Below the pieces are notes generated by a model, which saw only the letters and a list, made by a program, of their open reading frames with translations, did not search any database and was not told the DNA's origin. A DNA stretch of 64,000 nt from an uncultured Sandaracinus sp. (GTDB taxonomy: Bacteria > Myxococcota_A > Polyangia > Polyangiales > Sandaracinaceae): assembly GCA_964481145.1 (NCBI GenBank), contig CAYZTA010000024.1, forward strand, positions 9,729 to 73,728. The letters are read 5' to 3'. A program made the position numbers and the translations under genes. Position 1 is the stretch's first letter. Each line of letters begins with the position of its first letter. Below, in pieces: positions 29,907-40,543 of the stretch.

Positions 29907-30524
29907 ATGAGTGACGACTTGCCATCCAAGCCGAAGCCGAAACACGGCACGGTGCCGGGGTTCGGGCCTCCGAGCCAAGAGCTCGCACCGCTCCGCGTGC
30001 AGTCTTTTACCGCCGATGATGAGACGGCACTCGAGCCGAGCCCGATCGGAGAGCCCATCGATCCGAAGAAATCGCGCCCCAAAGGGCCGCCTGCCGTCGA
30101 CATCGATCTCGTTCACGAACACCGCAGCGCGCCGCTGCCCGACCAGCCGTGGATCTTCCTCGAGATCTGGACGCGAAATACGATCTATCAGCTCGACTCT
30201 TCGCTTCTTTGTGTGGACGTGATCGATCAGAGCACGCGCCGAGCGATCACGAACCATCCTCTGCGTGGCGCGCGACTCGTGGGCGGGCAATCGCGGGACG
30301 GCGCTGCGATGGAGCTGTCGCATCCTTTCCCGCGCCCTGGATCAGAAGCGGTGTTCGAGCAGAGCTCGGGGCGTCACGTGCGCTTTTCGCAAACGTCTCC
30401 CGTGATGCGGGTGGTGATGAGGTTGCGCGTGCTCACGGTCGAGCCCGAGCAGCTCCTTCCCACATGGGAAGACGTCAGCGGCAAGTGGGACCGTCGCCCA
30501 ATGAAGAAAGACGAAAAGAAGTAG
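29907..30524 (+). CDS. hypothetical protein
   Basis: 205-aa ORF immediately after tonB with a Lys/Pro-rich N-terminus. I did not recognise a family. Confidence 0.55.
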   Translation: MSDDLPSKPKPKHGTVPGFGPPSQELAPLRVQSFTADDETALEPSPIGEPIDPKKSRPKGPPAVDIDLVHEHRSAPLPDQPWIFLEIWTRNTIYQLDSSLLCVDVIDQSTRRAITNHPLRGARLVGGQSRDGAAMELSHPFPRPGSEAVFEQSSGRHVRFSQTSPVMRVVMRLRVLTVEPEQLLPTWEDVSGKWDRRPMKKDEKK

Positions 30525-30528
30525 CCAC

Positions 30529-31290
30529 TCAGAGCACCAGCTCGAGCCCGCCTCGGTAGGTCATGTCTTCGAACGTGCGTTCTTGGCGTCGATCCTGACC
30601 GAAGAGAAAATCGAAGCGGACACCGAGGCCAACCGAGCCGAGCTGGAACGCGATGGCTGCGGTGGCGCGATGCTCGACGCGATCTTGTCCGATCCACAAG
30701 CCCGCGAAATCGTAGCCGAGTTGCAATCGTATCGGCCCTGGTTGCCACACCATTCGTAAGCCGGGCAAGAGCAGGAACGCGACGTCTTCGGACCATGTCG
30801 CGCGGTTCAGCAAGAGTTCGAACGAGAAATGCGTCGCGAGCACGAAGTCGTTCTCACGGATGATTTGCGCCATGGTCCCTGCGCCAAGCGCCATGCGCAC
30901 CGGCCCGGCCCATCCGGTGGGTCCAGTCGCGGCTTCCACACCCTCTGCTTGGTCGTACTCGGAGAGCACCACGCCGCCAGCACGAAGCGAATAACGCATG
31001 CCGAGCGCGATGCCGATGAAGTTGGGAAAGCGCTGCTCGGGGCCTCGCCGCGCGTCGTAGTCTTCAACCTCGAATTCGAAGTCGGCGGTGTGTTGGCGAT
31101 AGGGCACGCCCACGAGCTCATTGCTCTCGGTGCGTCCTTCGCGATCTCCTGTCGTGAACCCATACGCGAGCCGGAACGTCGTGAACGTCCATGTCTGCTG
31201 GGAGTTCGACGAGTGCTCCCATGCGCGTGCAGGAGAAGAGAGCGCGAGCGAGCCAAGGAGGATCGAGAGGAGTGCAATGCCACGCATCAC
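30529..31290 (-). CDS. hypothetical secreted protein, probable small outer-membrane beta-barrel
   Basis: The signal peptide is 'MMRGIALLSILLGSLALSSPARA'. Alternating hydrophobic beta-strand patterns run to the C-terminus. The start overlaps the upstream stop (GTGATG/TGA). Confidence 0.6.
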   Translation of the reverse strand: MMRGIALLSILLGSLALSSPARAWEHSSNSQQTWTFTTFRLAYGFTTGDREGRTESNELVGVPYRQHTADFEFEVEDYDARRGPEQRFPNFIGIALGMRYSLRAGGVVLSEYDQAEGVEAATGPTGWAGPVRMALGAGTMAQIIRENDFVLATHFSFELLLNRATWSEDVAFLLLPGLRMVWQPGPIRLQLGYDFAGLWIGQDRVEHRATAAIAFQLGSVGLGVRFDFLFGQDRRQERTFEDMTYRGGLELVL

Positions 31291-32150
31291 AGCCGCACCG
31301 CGAGTTCGAGCCGCATCCCGATGCCATCCGGGAGCGCTTCGGGACGCATTGGGTCCACGGACGCGAGCCCCCGCAAAACGAATCGATTGCCGATCAGAAT
31401 CTCCGGACCGAGCTCGATCGGGAGCGCAAAGTCAGCCGGCCCTCCCCACCACGCGCCCACGCGCAGCCACATACCGAGGTACTCGAAGATGCTCACTCGG
31501 AGATCGGCGTTGACGCCGCCCCACAAACTTTCGAAATAAGCGCCGCGCCACTGTGAATTCGCGGCGAAATATCCGATGTGCGCGCCGATTCCCCATACCA
31601 CCGCGGGCACGAGATCGTCGCCGATGGGATCGCGAAACGAAGCCTCGAGTGTGAATCCGTCGGCTTCGCTGCCGAGCGACGAATGATAGGCGCGCGCTCC
31701 CATCGACATCGGCAAATGCGAGAACGCATCGACCAACGATGCACGCTGACGTGCGGCGCCAGCGGGGTCGTAGATGTAGTAGTCGTAGTAGCCATCGGAG
31801 CCCGCGTAGGTCGTGTCCGAGACTCCTGCGAGCGCGAGGAGCAGGGTGACCAGGTTGATGATGGGCCCTTTGTTCTCGTCGTAGACGAGGCCGCTGACCA
31901 TCACGCGATCACGGCCATCCGCGGAGAGCCAGGGCATGAAACCGAAGGTGGAGCCGAGCTCGAAAAAACTACCGCGGTGTGCGCCGTACCCGATGGCCGT
32001 GCGTGGATCTCCGAAGAGGAACTCGCCAGCAGGGTCCTCTGAGTCGTCTCCAGAGTCTTCGTTGTACGCGCGTACCGGCGTCGCGAGTAGGAGCAGCGCA
32101 AGGACCATGCAGGCTGACGAACCGTTCTCCAACATCTGCGAAGCCAGCAT
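31287..32150 (-). CDS. hypothetical secreted protein, possible beta-barrel
   Basis: Signal-like 'ACMVLALLLLATPVRA', an acidic linker, then a Gly/aromatic-rich strand pattern. It is coupled to the downstream gene. Confidence 0.55.
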   Translation of the reverse strand: MLASQMLENGSSACMVLALLLLATPVRAYNEDSGDDSEDPAGEFLFGDPRTAIGYGAHRGSFFELGSTFGFMPWLSADGRDRVMVSGLVYDENKGPIINLVTLLLALAGVSDTTYAGSDGYYDYYIYDPAGAARQRASLVDAFSHLPMSMGARAYHSSLGSEADGFTLEASFRDPIGDDLVPAVVWGIGAHIGYFAANSQWRGAYFESLWGGVNADLRVSIFEYLGMWLRVGAWWGGPADFALPIELGPEILIGNRFVLRGLASVDPMRPEALPDGIGMRLELAVRL

Positions 32151-32238
32151 CAGATGCTTCTGCTGTTTGTGTCAAGATTCATTGAGTACGGAATTTTTGC
32201 CACACCCCATCGATTTCGAAGACGTTTATACTCGTTTC

Positions 32239-32820
32239 ATGAAGACATCGTGGGCGGCTGTGGTGCGCTGGGTGATCGGAGTTTCGATTCTGCTCGGCGC
32301 GGTGAGTGCTCCATCGCAAGCAGAAGCGCAGCGAAGACCTCTCTACGCAGGCTTTGGCGTCGGACCATTCGCGCTCTTTGCGCACGATTATCCGTCGTGT
32401 TGCGACGTGCACTTTCGCGCACAAGGTGAGTTCGGATGGCACCCGTCGGGGGATGACACGGGGTTTTTTCTTGCGGCGAACCTGACCGTGACGCCCGGAA
32501 GGAACTATCTGATTTTTACTCCAGGGATCCGATTGGGCGGTGATATTGCCGTCTTTTCGCGGCGAGACATCGCCGTATTGTTGCGGCCGAGTGTGCTCTT
32601 TGGAGGTGGTTTTTGGGATCTCGATGGACCGAACAACACGCTTGGGCTCTTCGTCGTGCAGGGGGCGTTCGATGTCCGGATCGCTGTCGCAGATCACTTG
32701 CTCCAGTTTTGGGTTCGACCGGTGGCCGTCGATTTTCTGCTCTTTCCGGAGTGGTACAACCGTGATTTCCGTTACCACGCTGGATACACGTTCATGGCAG
32801 GCCTCGATTTCGCCTTTTGA
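32239..32820 (+). CDS. hypothetical small outer-membrane beta-barrel protein
   Basis: The signal peptide is 'MKTSWAAVVRWVIGVSILLGAVSAPSQAEA'. The C-terminus 'YTFMAGLDFAF' ends in Phe, as in an OMP beta-signal. Confidence 0.6.
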   Translation: MKTSWAAVVRWVIGVSILLGAVSAPSQAEAQRRPLYAGFGVGPFALFAHDYPSCCDVHFRAQGEFGWHPSGDDTGFFLAANLTVTPGRNYLIFTPGIRLGGDIAVFSRRDIAVLLRPSVLFGGGFWDLDGPNNTLGLFVVQGAFDVRIAVADHLLQFWVRPVAVDFLLFPEWYNRDFRYHAGYTFMAGLDFAF

Positions 32821-32871
32821 AATGCGTCTTGCGAACGAGATGCTGGCCGATCGAGGGTCAATGTCGGTAGG

Positions 32872-33276
32872 ATGTCAGCGATGCTCGAGCGGGTGCTGAT
32901 CGTCGATGACTCCAGTGCGATGCGTACCTTCGTCCGTGCGACCCTCGAGTCGCATGGGATCGCAAAGCTGATCGTGGAAGCCGCGGGTGGATTCGAAGCG
33001 CTTCGGCTGCTGCCTCGAGAGCGCTTCGAGCTTGCGATCGTCGATATCAATATGCCCGATATTCACGGGCTCGAAGTCATCAAGCTCATCCGTGCAAGTC
33101 CCCAGCATCGCGCCGTGCCGCTCTTGGTGATCAGCTCCGAGGCGTCTCCCCGCGATCGGGATCGCGGCATCGCGCTTGGTGCCGATACGTGGCTCGCCAA
33201 GCCCTTTACCCCCGAGCAGCTCATCGAGACTGTGAAGCGCGTGATCGCGACTCCACGCAACCCTGAGGCGACGTGA
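32872..33276 (+). CDS. cheY: CheY-like single-domain response regulator
   Basis: The receiver residues are all present: 'LIVDDS', 'AIVDINMPD', 'ISSEAS', 'AKP'. Confidence 0.9.
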   Translation: MSAMLERVLIVDDSSAMRTFVRATLESHGIAKLIVEAAGGFEALRLLPRERFELAIVDINMPDIHGLEVIKLIRASPQHRAVPLLVISSEASPRDRDRGIALGADTWLAKPFTPEQLIETVKRVIATPRNPEAT

Positions 33277-35369
33277 GCGACGAAGGCGAGCGCATGCGCG
33301 AGGAATTCCTCGCCGAATCACAGGAGATCATCGAGTCGCTTTCGCGCGATCTCCTGTTGCTCGATCAAGGTCAAAAGGATGGCAAGAGCGATCCGGACCT
33401 GGTCAACGCGGTGTTCCGTGGCGTCCATACGCTCAAGGGCATCTCGGGGATGTTTGGGCACGTCTCGCTGGCAGAGGTGTCTCATGAGCTCGAGGATCTG
33501 CTCGACCAGCTGAGGCTCGGAAGGGTCACGCTTTCACAGCGAGTGCTCGATGTCCTTTTCGAGGGGCTCGAGGTGCTTCAGCGTCTTTTGGCTGCTGCGC
33601 GGAGAAAGGCCGACCCTGACGAAGTCGATCTCGAGCAGTTTCGTCAGGCGCTCCAGCGATTGCTTGGCGGCGAAGAGCCCGTGGTTCGAAACGATGAGGT
33701 CGGTGAATACGATCTCGACTCGAGCATCCTCGCGGTCCTCACGGAATACGAAGAACATCGGCTTCGTACGAATATCGAACAAGGAGTTCCGCTCTATCGT
33801 TTGCGCGTGCGGTTTGGGTTGTCTTCGATCGACAGCGATCTCGAAGAGCTCAAACAGCGTGTCAAACCATGGGCGGAGATCATCACGTATTTGCCCTCGA
33901 TGGATGGGGCATCCGACGACTCCATCGATCTCGAAGTGCTGATGGCGAGCGGCACTCCGCTCAGCGAGTTGTGTGAGGTGTTGGGAGGGCCAGAGATTAC
34001 GATCGAGCCCGTGCCCCGGAGGCATGCGGGGCGCACGGTGCCGCCGGCGACGCCGGCCGCGATCGACTTCGAGCCGGTGGCGCCAGCGCCGGCCCATCGA
34101 GCCTCGGTCGCGCCTCAGCCAGGAAAGGATGCAGGGGCCGATGGTCTGGCTGTCCGTACGGTCGCCAAGACCGTGCGCGTCGATATCGAGAAGCTCGACC
34201 ATCTGATGAACGTGGTGGGTGAGCTTGGAATCGTGAAGAGCGCCGTGGGACGAATGCTCGAAGGGCTTCGAGCCCGCCCCGATTTACGACCGCTCGCCAC
34301 GGAGCTCCACCGAATTCATCGTTCGTTCGAGCGCCAACTCGCTGGAATGCAAGAGGGCATCCTCGATGTGAGGATGGTGCCGCTCGGGCAGACGTTCGAT
34401 CGTTTGGCGCGCGCCGTGCGACAGGTCGCACGTGATCACGAAAAAGACGTGCGCTTGGTGGTGACGGGGGCCGAGACCGAGATCGACAAATTGATCGTCG
34501 AGGAGCTCACCGATCCTTTGCTGCACATCATTCGCAATGCCGTCGATCATGGGATCGAAAAGACGGCCGATCGACTCGCGGTGGGCAAGCCAACGACCGG
34601 CATGCTCAAGCTGAACGCCTATCAGAAAGGGAGCCACGTCGTCATCGAGATCGAAGATGACGGAGGTGGGATCGATCCGGCGCGCATCTTGGCGCATGCG
34701 GTTTCCCGTGGGCAGCTCACGGAAGAGCAAGCGGCTGATCTCACGGATGATGAACTGCGCCAGTTGATTTTCGTGCCGGGGTTCAGCACCGCCAAAGAGG
34801 TGACGGACATTTCGGGGCGTGGCGTGGGGATGGACGTCGTGAAGACGAACATCAGTCGCTTGGGAGGCGTCATCGATGTGGACAGCGAAGTGGGCGTGGG
34901 CACGAAGTTCACGCTGACCTTGCCCATCACGCTCGCGATTCTGAGCGCGCTCGTGCTTCGCGTCCGAGCTCAAACTTTCGCCATGCCACTCAACGTGGTG
35001 CAGGAAGCGCTTCTCTTCGATGAGCGGGCGGTTCGCGTGGTCGAAGACCGCGAGGTGATCACGCTTCGCGGATCGAGCCTCCCGATCGTGCGTTTGCACG
35101 AGCTCTTCGGAATTGGAGGAGCGGCGCCCAACACGCGCGCGTTCGTCGTCGTGACGGCGCTCGGACAGAGACGGCTTGGGCTCGTGGTCGATGCGCTCGA
35201 AGGACAGCAAGACATCATCACCAAACCGCTCGGCAAGAGTCTATCGCGTGTGCGAGGATTCTCCGGGGCGACGGACCTTGGCGATCAACGGGTGGTGCTC
35301 GTGCTCGATGCACCCACGTTGCTCGAAGAGGTGTTGGCGAGTGAACGACGTGGAGGCGTGGCGGCGTGA
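33273..35369 (+). CDS. cheA: chemotaxis histidine kinase CheA
   Basis: The Hpt domain has 'FRGVHTLKGISGMFG'. The HATPase blocks are 'HIIRNAVDHGIE', 'DDGGGID' and 'GRGVGMDVV'. The C-terminus is a CheW-like P5 domain. Confidence 0.95.
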   Translation: MSDEGERMREEFLAESQEIIESLSRDLLLLDQGQKDGKSDPDLVNAVFRGVHTLKGISGMFGHVSLAEVSHELEDLLDQLRLGRVTLSQRVLDVLFEGLEVLQRLLAAARRKADPDEVDLEQFRQALQRLLGGEEPVVRNDEVGEYDLDSSILAVLTEYEEHRLRTNIEQGVPLYRLRVRFGLSSIDSDLEELKQRVKPWAEIITYLPSMDGASDDSIDLEVLMASGTPLSELCEVLGGPEITIEPVPRRHAGRTVPPATPAAIDFEPVAPAPAHRASVAPQPGKDAGADGLAVRTVAKTVRVDIEKLDHLMNVVGELGIVKSAVGRMLEGLRARPDLRPLATELHRIHRSFERQLAGMQEGILDVRMVPLGQTFDRLARAVRQVARDHEKDVRLVVTGAETEIDKLIVEELTDPLLHIIRNAVDHGIEKTADRLAVGKPTTGMLKLNAYQKGSHVVIEIEDDGGGIDPARILAHAVSRGQLTEEQAADLTDDELRQLIFVPGFSTAKEVTDISGRGVGMDVVKTNISRLGGVIDVDSEVGVGTKFTLTLPITLAILSALVLRVRAQTFAMPLNVVQEALLFDERAVRVVEDREVITLRGSSLPIVRLHELFGIGGAAPNTRAFVVVTALGQRRLGLVVDALEGQQDIITKPLGKSLSRVRGFSGATDLGDQRVVLVLDAPTLLEEVLASERRGGVAA

Positions 35370-35935
35370 GCACCTCTCTCGTAAAGCACGATACGGAACT
35401 GCCTTCGTTGCGGAGTCCGCGCGCCGAGCACTTGCACAAAGGAGAGGCGATCTCGGAATTCCTTGTTTTTACGTTGAATTCTGGGTCGGGTCGGGTCGAG
35501 CGGATGGCCTTACCGCTCGACAGCGTGCAGGAGATTTTGAAGCCGACGACCCTGACGCACGTTCCGCGTGCGGCCCATGATGTCGTTGGGATTCTTTCGG
35601 TGCGTGGTCGGATCACGACCGTGATCGACTTGAAAAAGCGGCTTGGAATGCCCGCTGACACGGCCACTCGCCATACGCGTATCCTTCTCGTTCGAGGTCG
35701 GGACGAGGTGCTGGGCATCGTCGTCGATGCGGTGCTTCACGTCGTGCGGCTGCGAGAAGATGAGATTGAAGCATCGGGGGTCGTTGCCTCGGATTTGCCC
35801 GAGCATGTGCTCGGGTTGGGGCGCCCTCGACGCAAAGATGCGGTTCGTGGAGTGATGGGCCAAGAGGCCCGCGGCGAAGCGAGTGATGCCGAGGTCCTCG
35901 TCCTGCTCGACCCCTTGCCACTCTTGAGGAGATGA
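35366..35935 (+). CDS. cheW: CheW coupling protein (copy 1)
   Basis: The CheW fold pattern is 'FLVFTL..ERMALPLDSVQEILK...HVPRAAHDVVGILSVRGRITTVIDL'. A GTGA overlap joins it to cheA. Confidence 0.9.
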   Translation: MSTSLVKHDTELPSLRSPRAEHLHKGEAISEFLVFTLNSGSGRVERMALPLDSVQEILKPTTLTHVPRAAHDVVGILSVRGRITTVIDLKKRLGMPADTATRHTRILLVRGRDEVLGIVVDAVLHVVRLREDEIEASGVVASDLPEHVLGLGRPRRKDAVRGVMGQEARGEASDAEVLVLLDPLPLLRR

Positions 35936-36438
35936 CGATGGCTCGCGTGGTGAGGAGACGAGGTACGGATCGCGACAAGAACCTCGTGGGTTTTCTCGTC
36001 GCAGATGTGCATTACGCGATCGAGATCCATCGTGTGAAAGAGATCATTCGTCCGCTCGATGTCGTCCCTCTGCCGCATCCGCCTCCCGCGGTGATCGGAG
36101 TGGCGGATCATCGCGGCGAGGTGGTGCCCATCGTCGATGTGCGAAAGCAGTTCGGGGCGGCTGCTTCGGCGGCGACCCGGCGCACGAAGTGGCTGCTCGT
36201 GACGGTCGCTGATCGTACGGTGGGGTTCGTCGTCGATTCGATCACCGAGGTGTTCGCCGCAGGTGATGAAGAGGAGCGCACCGTTCCGTCGGTGGGGATA
36301 GGCGATTCTGCGCGTGCGATCACCGCGGTGTTTGGTCATCGAGGACGCCTGGTTTTCGTCTTGGACATCGATCGAATCGGCGCAGGAACCGAGCTCCTGG
36401 ATCTGTCGAGTTACATTGCGGCTCGGGGGCAATCATGA
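35932..36438 (+). CDS. cheW: CheW coupling protein (copy 2)
   Basis: 'LVGFLVADVHYAIEIHRVKEIIRP...VIGVADHRGEVVPIVDV'. ATGA overlaps occur on both sides. Confidence 0.9.
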   Translation: MTMARVVRRRGTDRDKNLVGFLVADVHYAIEIHRVKEIIRPLDVVPLPHPPPAVIGVADHRGEVVPIVDVRKQFGAAASAATRRTKWLLVTVADRTVGFVVDSITEVFAAGDEEERTVPSVGIGDSARAITAVFGHRGRLVFVLDIDRIGAGTELLDLSSYIAARGQS

Positions 36439-38479
36439 GCGACCAAGTACGCGGGCAGTTTTCCGAAGCAACGCAGTTGCTTTCATCGCTGGGCGATCCC
36501 GATTGGCGCATTCGCAAGGAGGCTGCTGCGACCGCCGGCCGGCGAAGTTCTGACCCAGTGGTCCTCGCGGGGCTTGTCGAAGCACTTCTTCAACCTGATG
36601 ATGTGGGCCTGCGGAATGCTGCGATCGAGGCGTTCGCGTATGTGGGTGCGTCCGGCGCCGCGCCGCTCGTGGATGCGTTGAATCGCGCAACGATGACCGC
36701 ACGGAAATTCGTATGTGCTGCCCTCGGAGGGACCGGAACGGGTGGCGTGGCGGCGCTCTCGATGATGGCGGGAGATCCCGACCCCAACACGGCCACGGTC
36801 GCGCTCGAATCGCTGGCTCGCATCGGTGGTCGAGATGCCGAAGCGGCCCTTCGCAAGCAGCTCGAAGCCGCCGATTGGGTGGTGCGATTGGCTGCCATGG
36901 AGGGGCTCTCCGCGCTCGGAGCGCAGGTCCCCGTCGAGACTCTCGCGCCGATGGTTCGAGATCCTCTGGTGCGCCGCTTTGCTTTGCGTTTGCTCGGTCA
37001 AAGTGGTGATGCGGCGGCTGTCCCGCCCCTCTTCGATGTCCTCCGCGAAATCAACGGTGCGATGGAGATGGCCGAGGTCGTACGGGCACTCGGTTCGATT
37101 CATCAACATGCATCGGGCGCTGGACCTCTCATTTCGAGCCAGGCGAGCTCGCTCGGCGATTCAGAGAAGGCTTTGCTGCGGAGCCTCATCGAGGATGAAA
37201 GAAATGAGGACAGTGATATTCAGACGGCCCGGGCCGCTGCGATGTTGCTCCTCATGGCACGTGACATCGAGGCGCTCGGTGCGATCGCGGTACTTGCAGC
37301 GCGTGTCGAGCTCGGACCGGCTGCGCTGGCAGCGCTACAGGCCTTCGGCGTCGATGCAGTGCGACCGCTGCTTTCGCAAAGTCAGAGTTTGACGCCGCCA
37401 GCGCGGGCATGGGCCATCGAAGCGGCGGCTGAGTTGGGTGCGATTTCAATCGACGACGAAAGCGCACGGAGCGTGCGCGACGAATTGGGACACGAGATTC
37501 GCGCGGTCCTTCGTACGGCGCTCGTTGCGCACGAAGAAGTGGTGGTCCATGCGGCCGCCCGTGGGCTCGAATATTGGGCGGAGCCCGATGATGCGTCGGC
37601 CCTCGTTCGTTTGGGAGCGGAGCGCAGTGGCGCGGTGGCGCGGGCCACAGGGGATGCACTCGAAGCGTTGTCTCATTCATCGCCGGAATCGGTCGAGACT
37701 GCGCTCGATTCCGCGTTGCCTGACCATGCCGAAGCTTGGGCGCTTGCGGTGGCAGCGCTGCCCGATCAAGCGGCGCTCGAAAAGCTTCGGGCAGCGATCG
37801 CCTCGGGCGAGCCGACGGCCCGTCGCGCTGCGTTGCTCGCGCTCGATCGCATCGATGGTGCGGAGGCCGCGGAAGTTGCGTCGATGGCGCTCGTCGACGA
37901 GGACGTCGATGTGCAGGTCGCAGCCGTGACCGTGCTCTCACGCATGCGTGATCCATCGGCGCGCGAAACCGCAAAGAACGTGTTGCGGGTGGCGCTGCGC
38001 GATGAGCTGCCGGTGGTGCGTGCGGCGGCTGCGCGCGCCTTGGGCGTCCAAGGCGATCCAGGATTGTGTGCGGATGTCCGCGAGCTTTTGCGCGATCCAG
38101 GGCCGGGTGTGGCGCTGGCCGCACTTGTCGCGATTCGAACCTTACGCGGTGATCAGTTCGAAAATGAACCAGAGTTCGAAGCTTTGCTCGACGGCGTGCT
38201 GGAACATTCGGATGAAGAAGTCGTCAAGGAAGCTTTGCGGATCGCAGCCGAGTGCGCGCTGTCCCGCAAAGAGGAGCGTTTGTCCGTGGGGCTTTCGCAC
38301 GCGGCCTGGGACGTTCGCGCGCTCACCGTGAGTCTGCTTTCGGAGTTGGATACGGAGGGTGCGCGGGAAAAGCTCCGTGCGCGGGCAGCCATCGAGTCTG
38401 ACGATCTTGTGCGTATCGCGATCGCGGATGCGCTCGCGACACTTCCCTCGAAGACAATTATCGGAGGCTCGAGGCGCTA

Positions 38480-38480
<1 letters not shown>
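36435..38480 (+). CDS. HEAT-repeat (PBS-lyase type) protein, 681 aa, soluble
   Basis: 'D..VR..AA.ALG' units recur throughout, for example 'DPDWRIRKEAAATAG', 'DWVVRLAAMEGLSALG', 'DVDVQVAAVTVLSRM', 'LPVVRAAAARALGVQG' and 'AWDVRALTVSLLSEL'. It has no TM helix and no signal peptide. Confidence 0.85.
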
Positions 38481-39378
<898 letters not shown>

Positions 39379-39382
<4 letters not shown>

Positions 39383-40464
39383 GTGTGGCAGTTCGTCCGC
39401 TTCGAGTGGTCGTCGTCGACGATTCAGCATTCAATCGGCGCACGATCACGGATTTGCTGTCTTCGATTCCCGGTGTGGACGTCGTCGGGAAGGCGGCTGA
39501 TGGTGAAGAGGCGTTGAAGTTGGTGCTGGGACAGCGCCCCGATCTCGTGACGCTCGATCTCGAGATGCCGAAGATGGATGGGTTTACGTTCTTGAAGCTG
39601 CTCATGGCGCGTCAACCGACGCCCGTGCTGGTGGTCTCGGGGCGTGGCGCGAAGACGGACGTCTTCAAAGCGCTCGAGCTCGGCGCGCTCGATTTCATCG
39701 TGAAGCCGAGCACCATCGTGACCACCGAGCTCGCGACGATCCGTCAGCTCTTGCAAGAGAAAGTTGCGATGGTTCGGCAGCTTCGTCCGCTCGGAAGTCC
39801 TTCTCGTGAGCGTGCCGCGACGGCCACTGGGCTCATTCGACTTCCGCAAGTCGATGGAACGAGACCTCAACCCACCGAAATCAATCCTCGTCGACTCGTC
39901 GTGATCGGAGCCTCGACGGGCGGCCCTCCCGCGCTCGTCGAGATTTTTTCGCGGCTTCCGAGTGACCTGCCCGCCTCGATCGTGATCGCGCAGCATATGC
40001 CCGAGCGATTTACGACGACGTTCGCCGATCGATTGGAGCGGCTTTCCGGAGTTCGAGTGTCGGAGCTCGAAGATCGAGAGCAGCTGCGACCTGGACGCGC
40101 ATTCGTATGCCCAGGAGGAAAGTGCGTCGAAGTGCAGCCGAGTGGAAACTCGATGTGGGCTCGAGTCATGGCGCCTGAGTCCGAGGATCGATATCAGCCG
40201 AGCGTCGATCGTTTGTTCCGATCGGCCGCGGCGAGCTACGGAACACGTGTGCTCGGCGTCGTGTTGACGGGCATGGGAGATGACGGGACCAAGGGCGCGG
40301 AGGCCATCAAGAAGGCGGGTGGAATGGTGTTCTCCGAAAGCGTCGAAACCGCCGCAATCTGGGGGATGCCAGGGAGCGTGGAGCGCGCAGGGCTCGCGGA
40401 CCGTTCGATTCCGATCCAGTCGATCGCAGAGGCGATCGTTCGCGTGTGCACGGAGAGACGATGA
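39379..40464 (+). CDS. cheB: protein-glutamate methylesterase CheB (REC + esterase)
   Basis: The REC domain has 'VVVDDS...VTLDLEMPKMDG'. The esterase domain has 'VVIGASTGGPPAL', 'VIAQHMP' and 'VLTGMGDDG'. Confidence 0.93.
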
Positions 40465-40543
40465 ATGAGTTTCAGATATCCCGTGAGGATGAATCGTTCT
40501 AGTATCGCCGACACACGATCTGTTATCGTTCGATGAAGCGGGC

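Noticed and set aside
36615-36635. 'NAAIEAF' in the HEAT protein resembles the MCP signalling-tip motif 'NAAIEAARAGE'.
   Set aside because: The surrounding sequence is an ordinary HEAT unit ('VGLRNAAIEAFAYVG'). There is no long antiparallel coiled coil and the rest of the conserved tip is absent.
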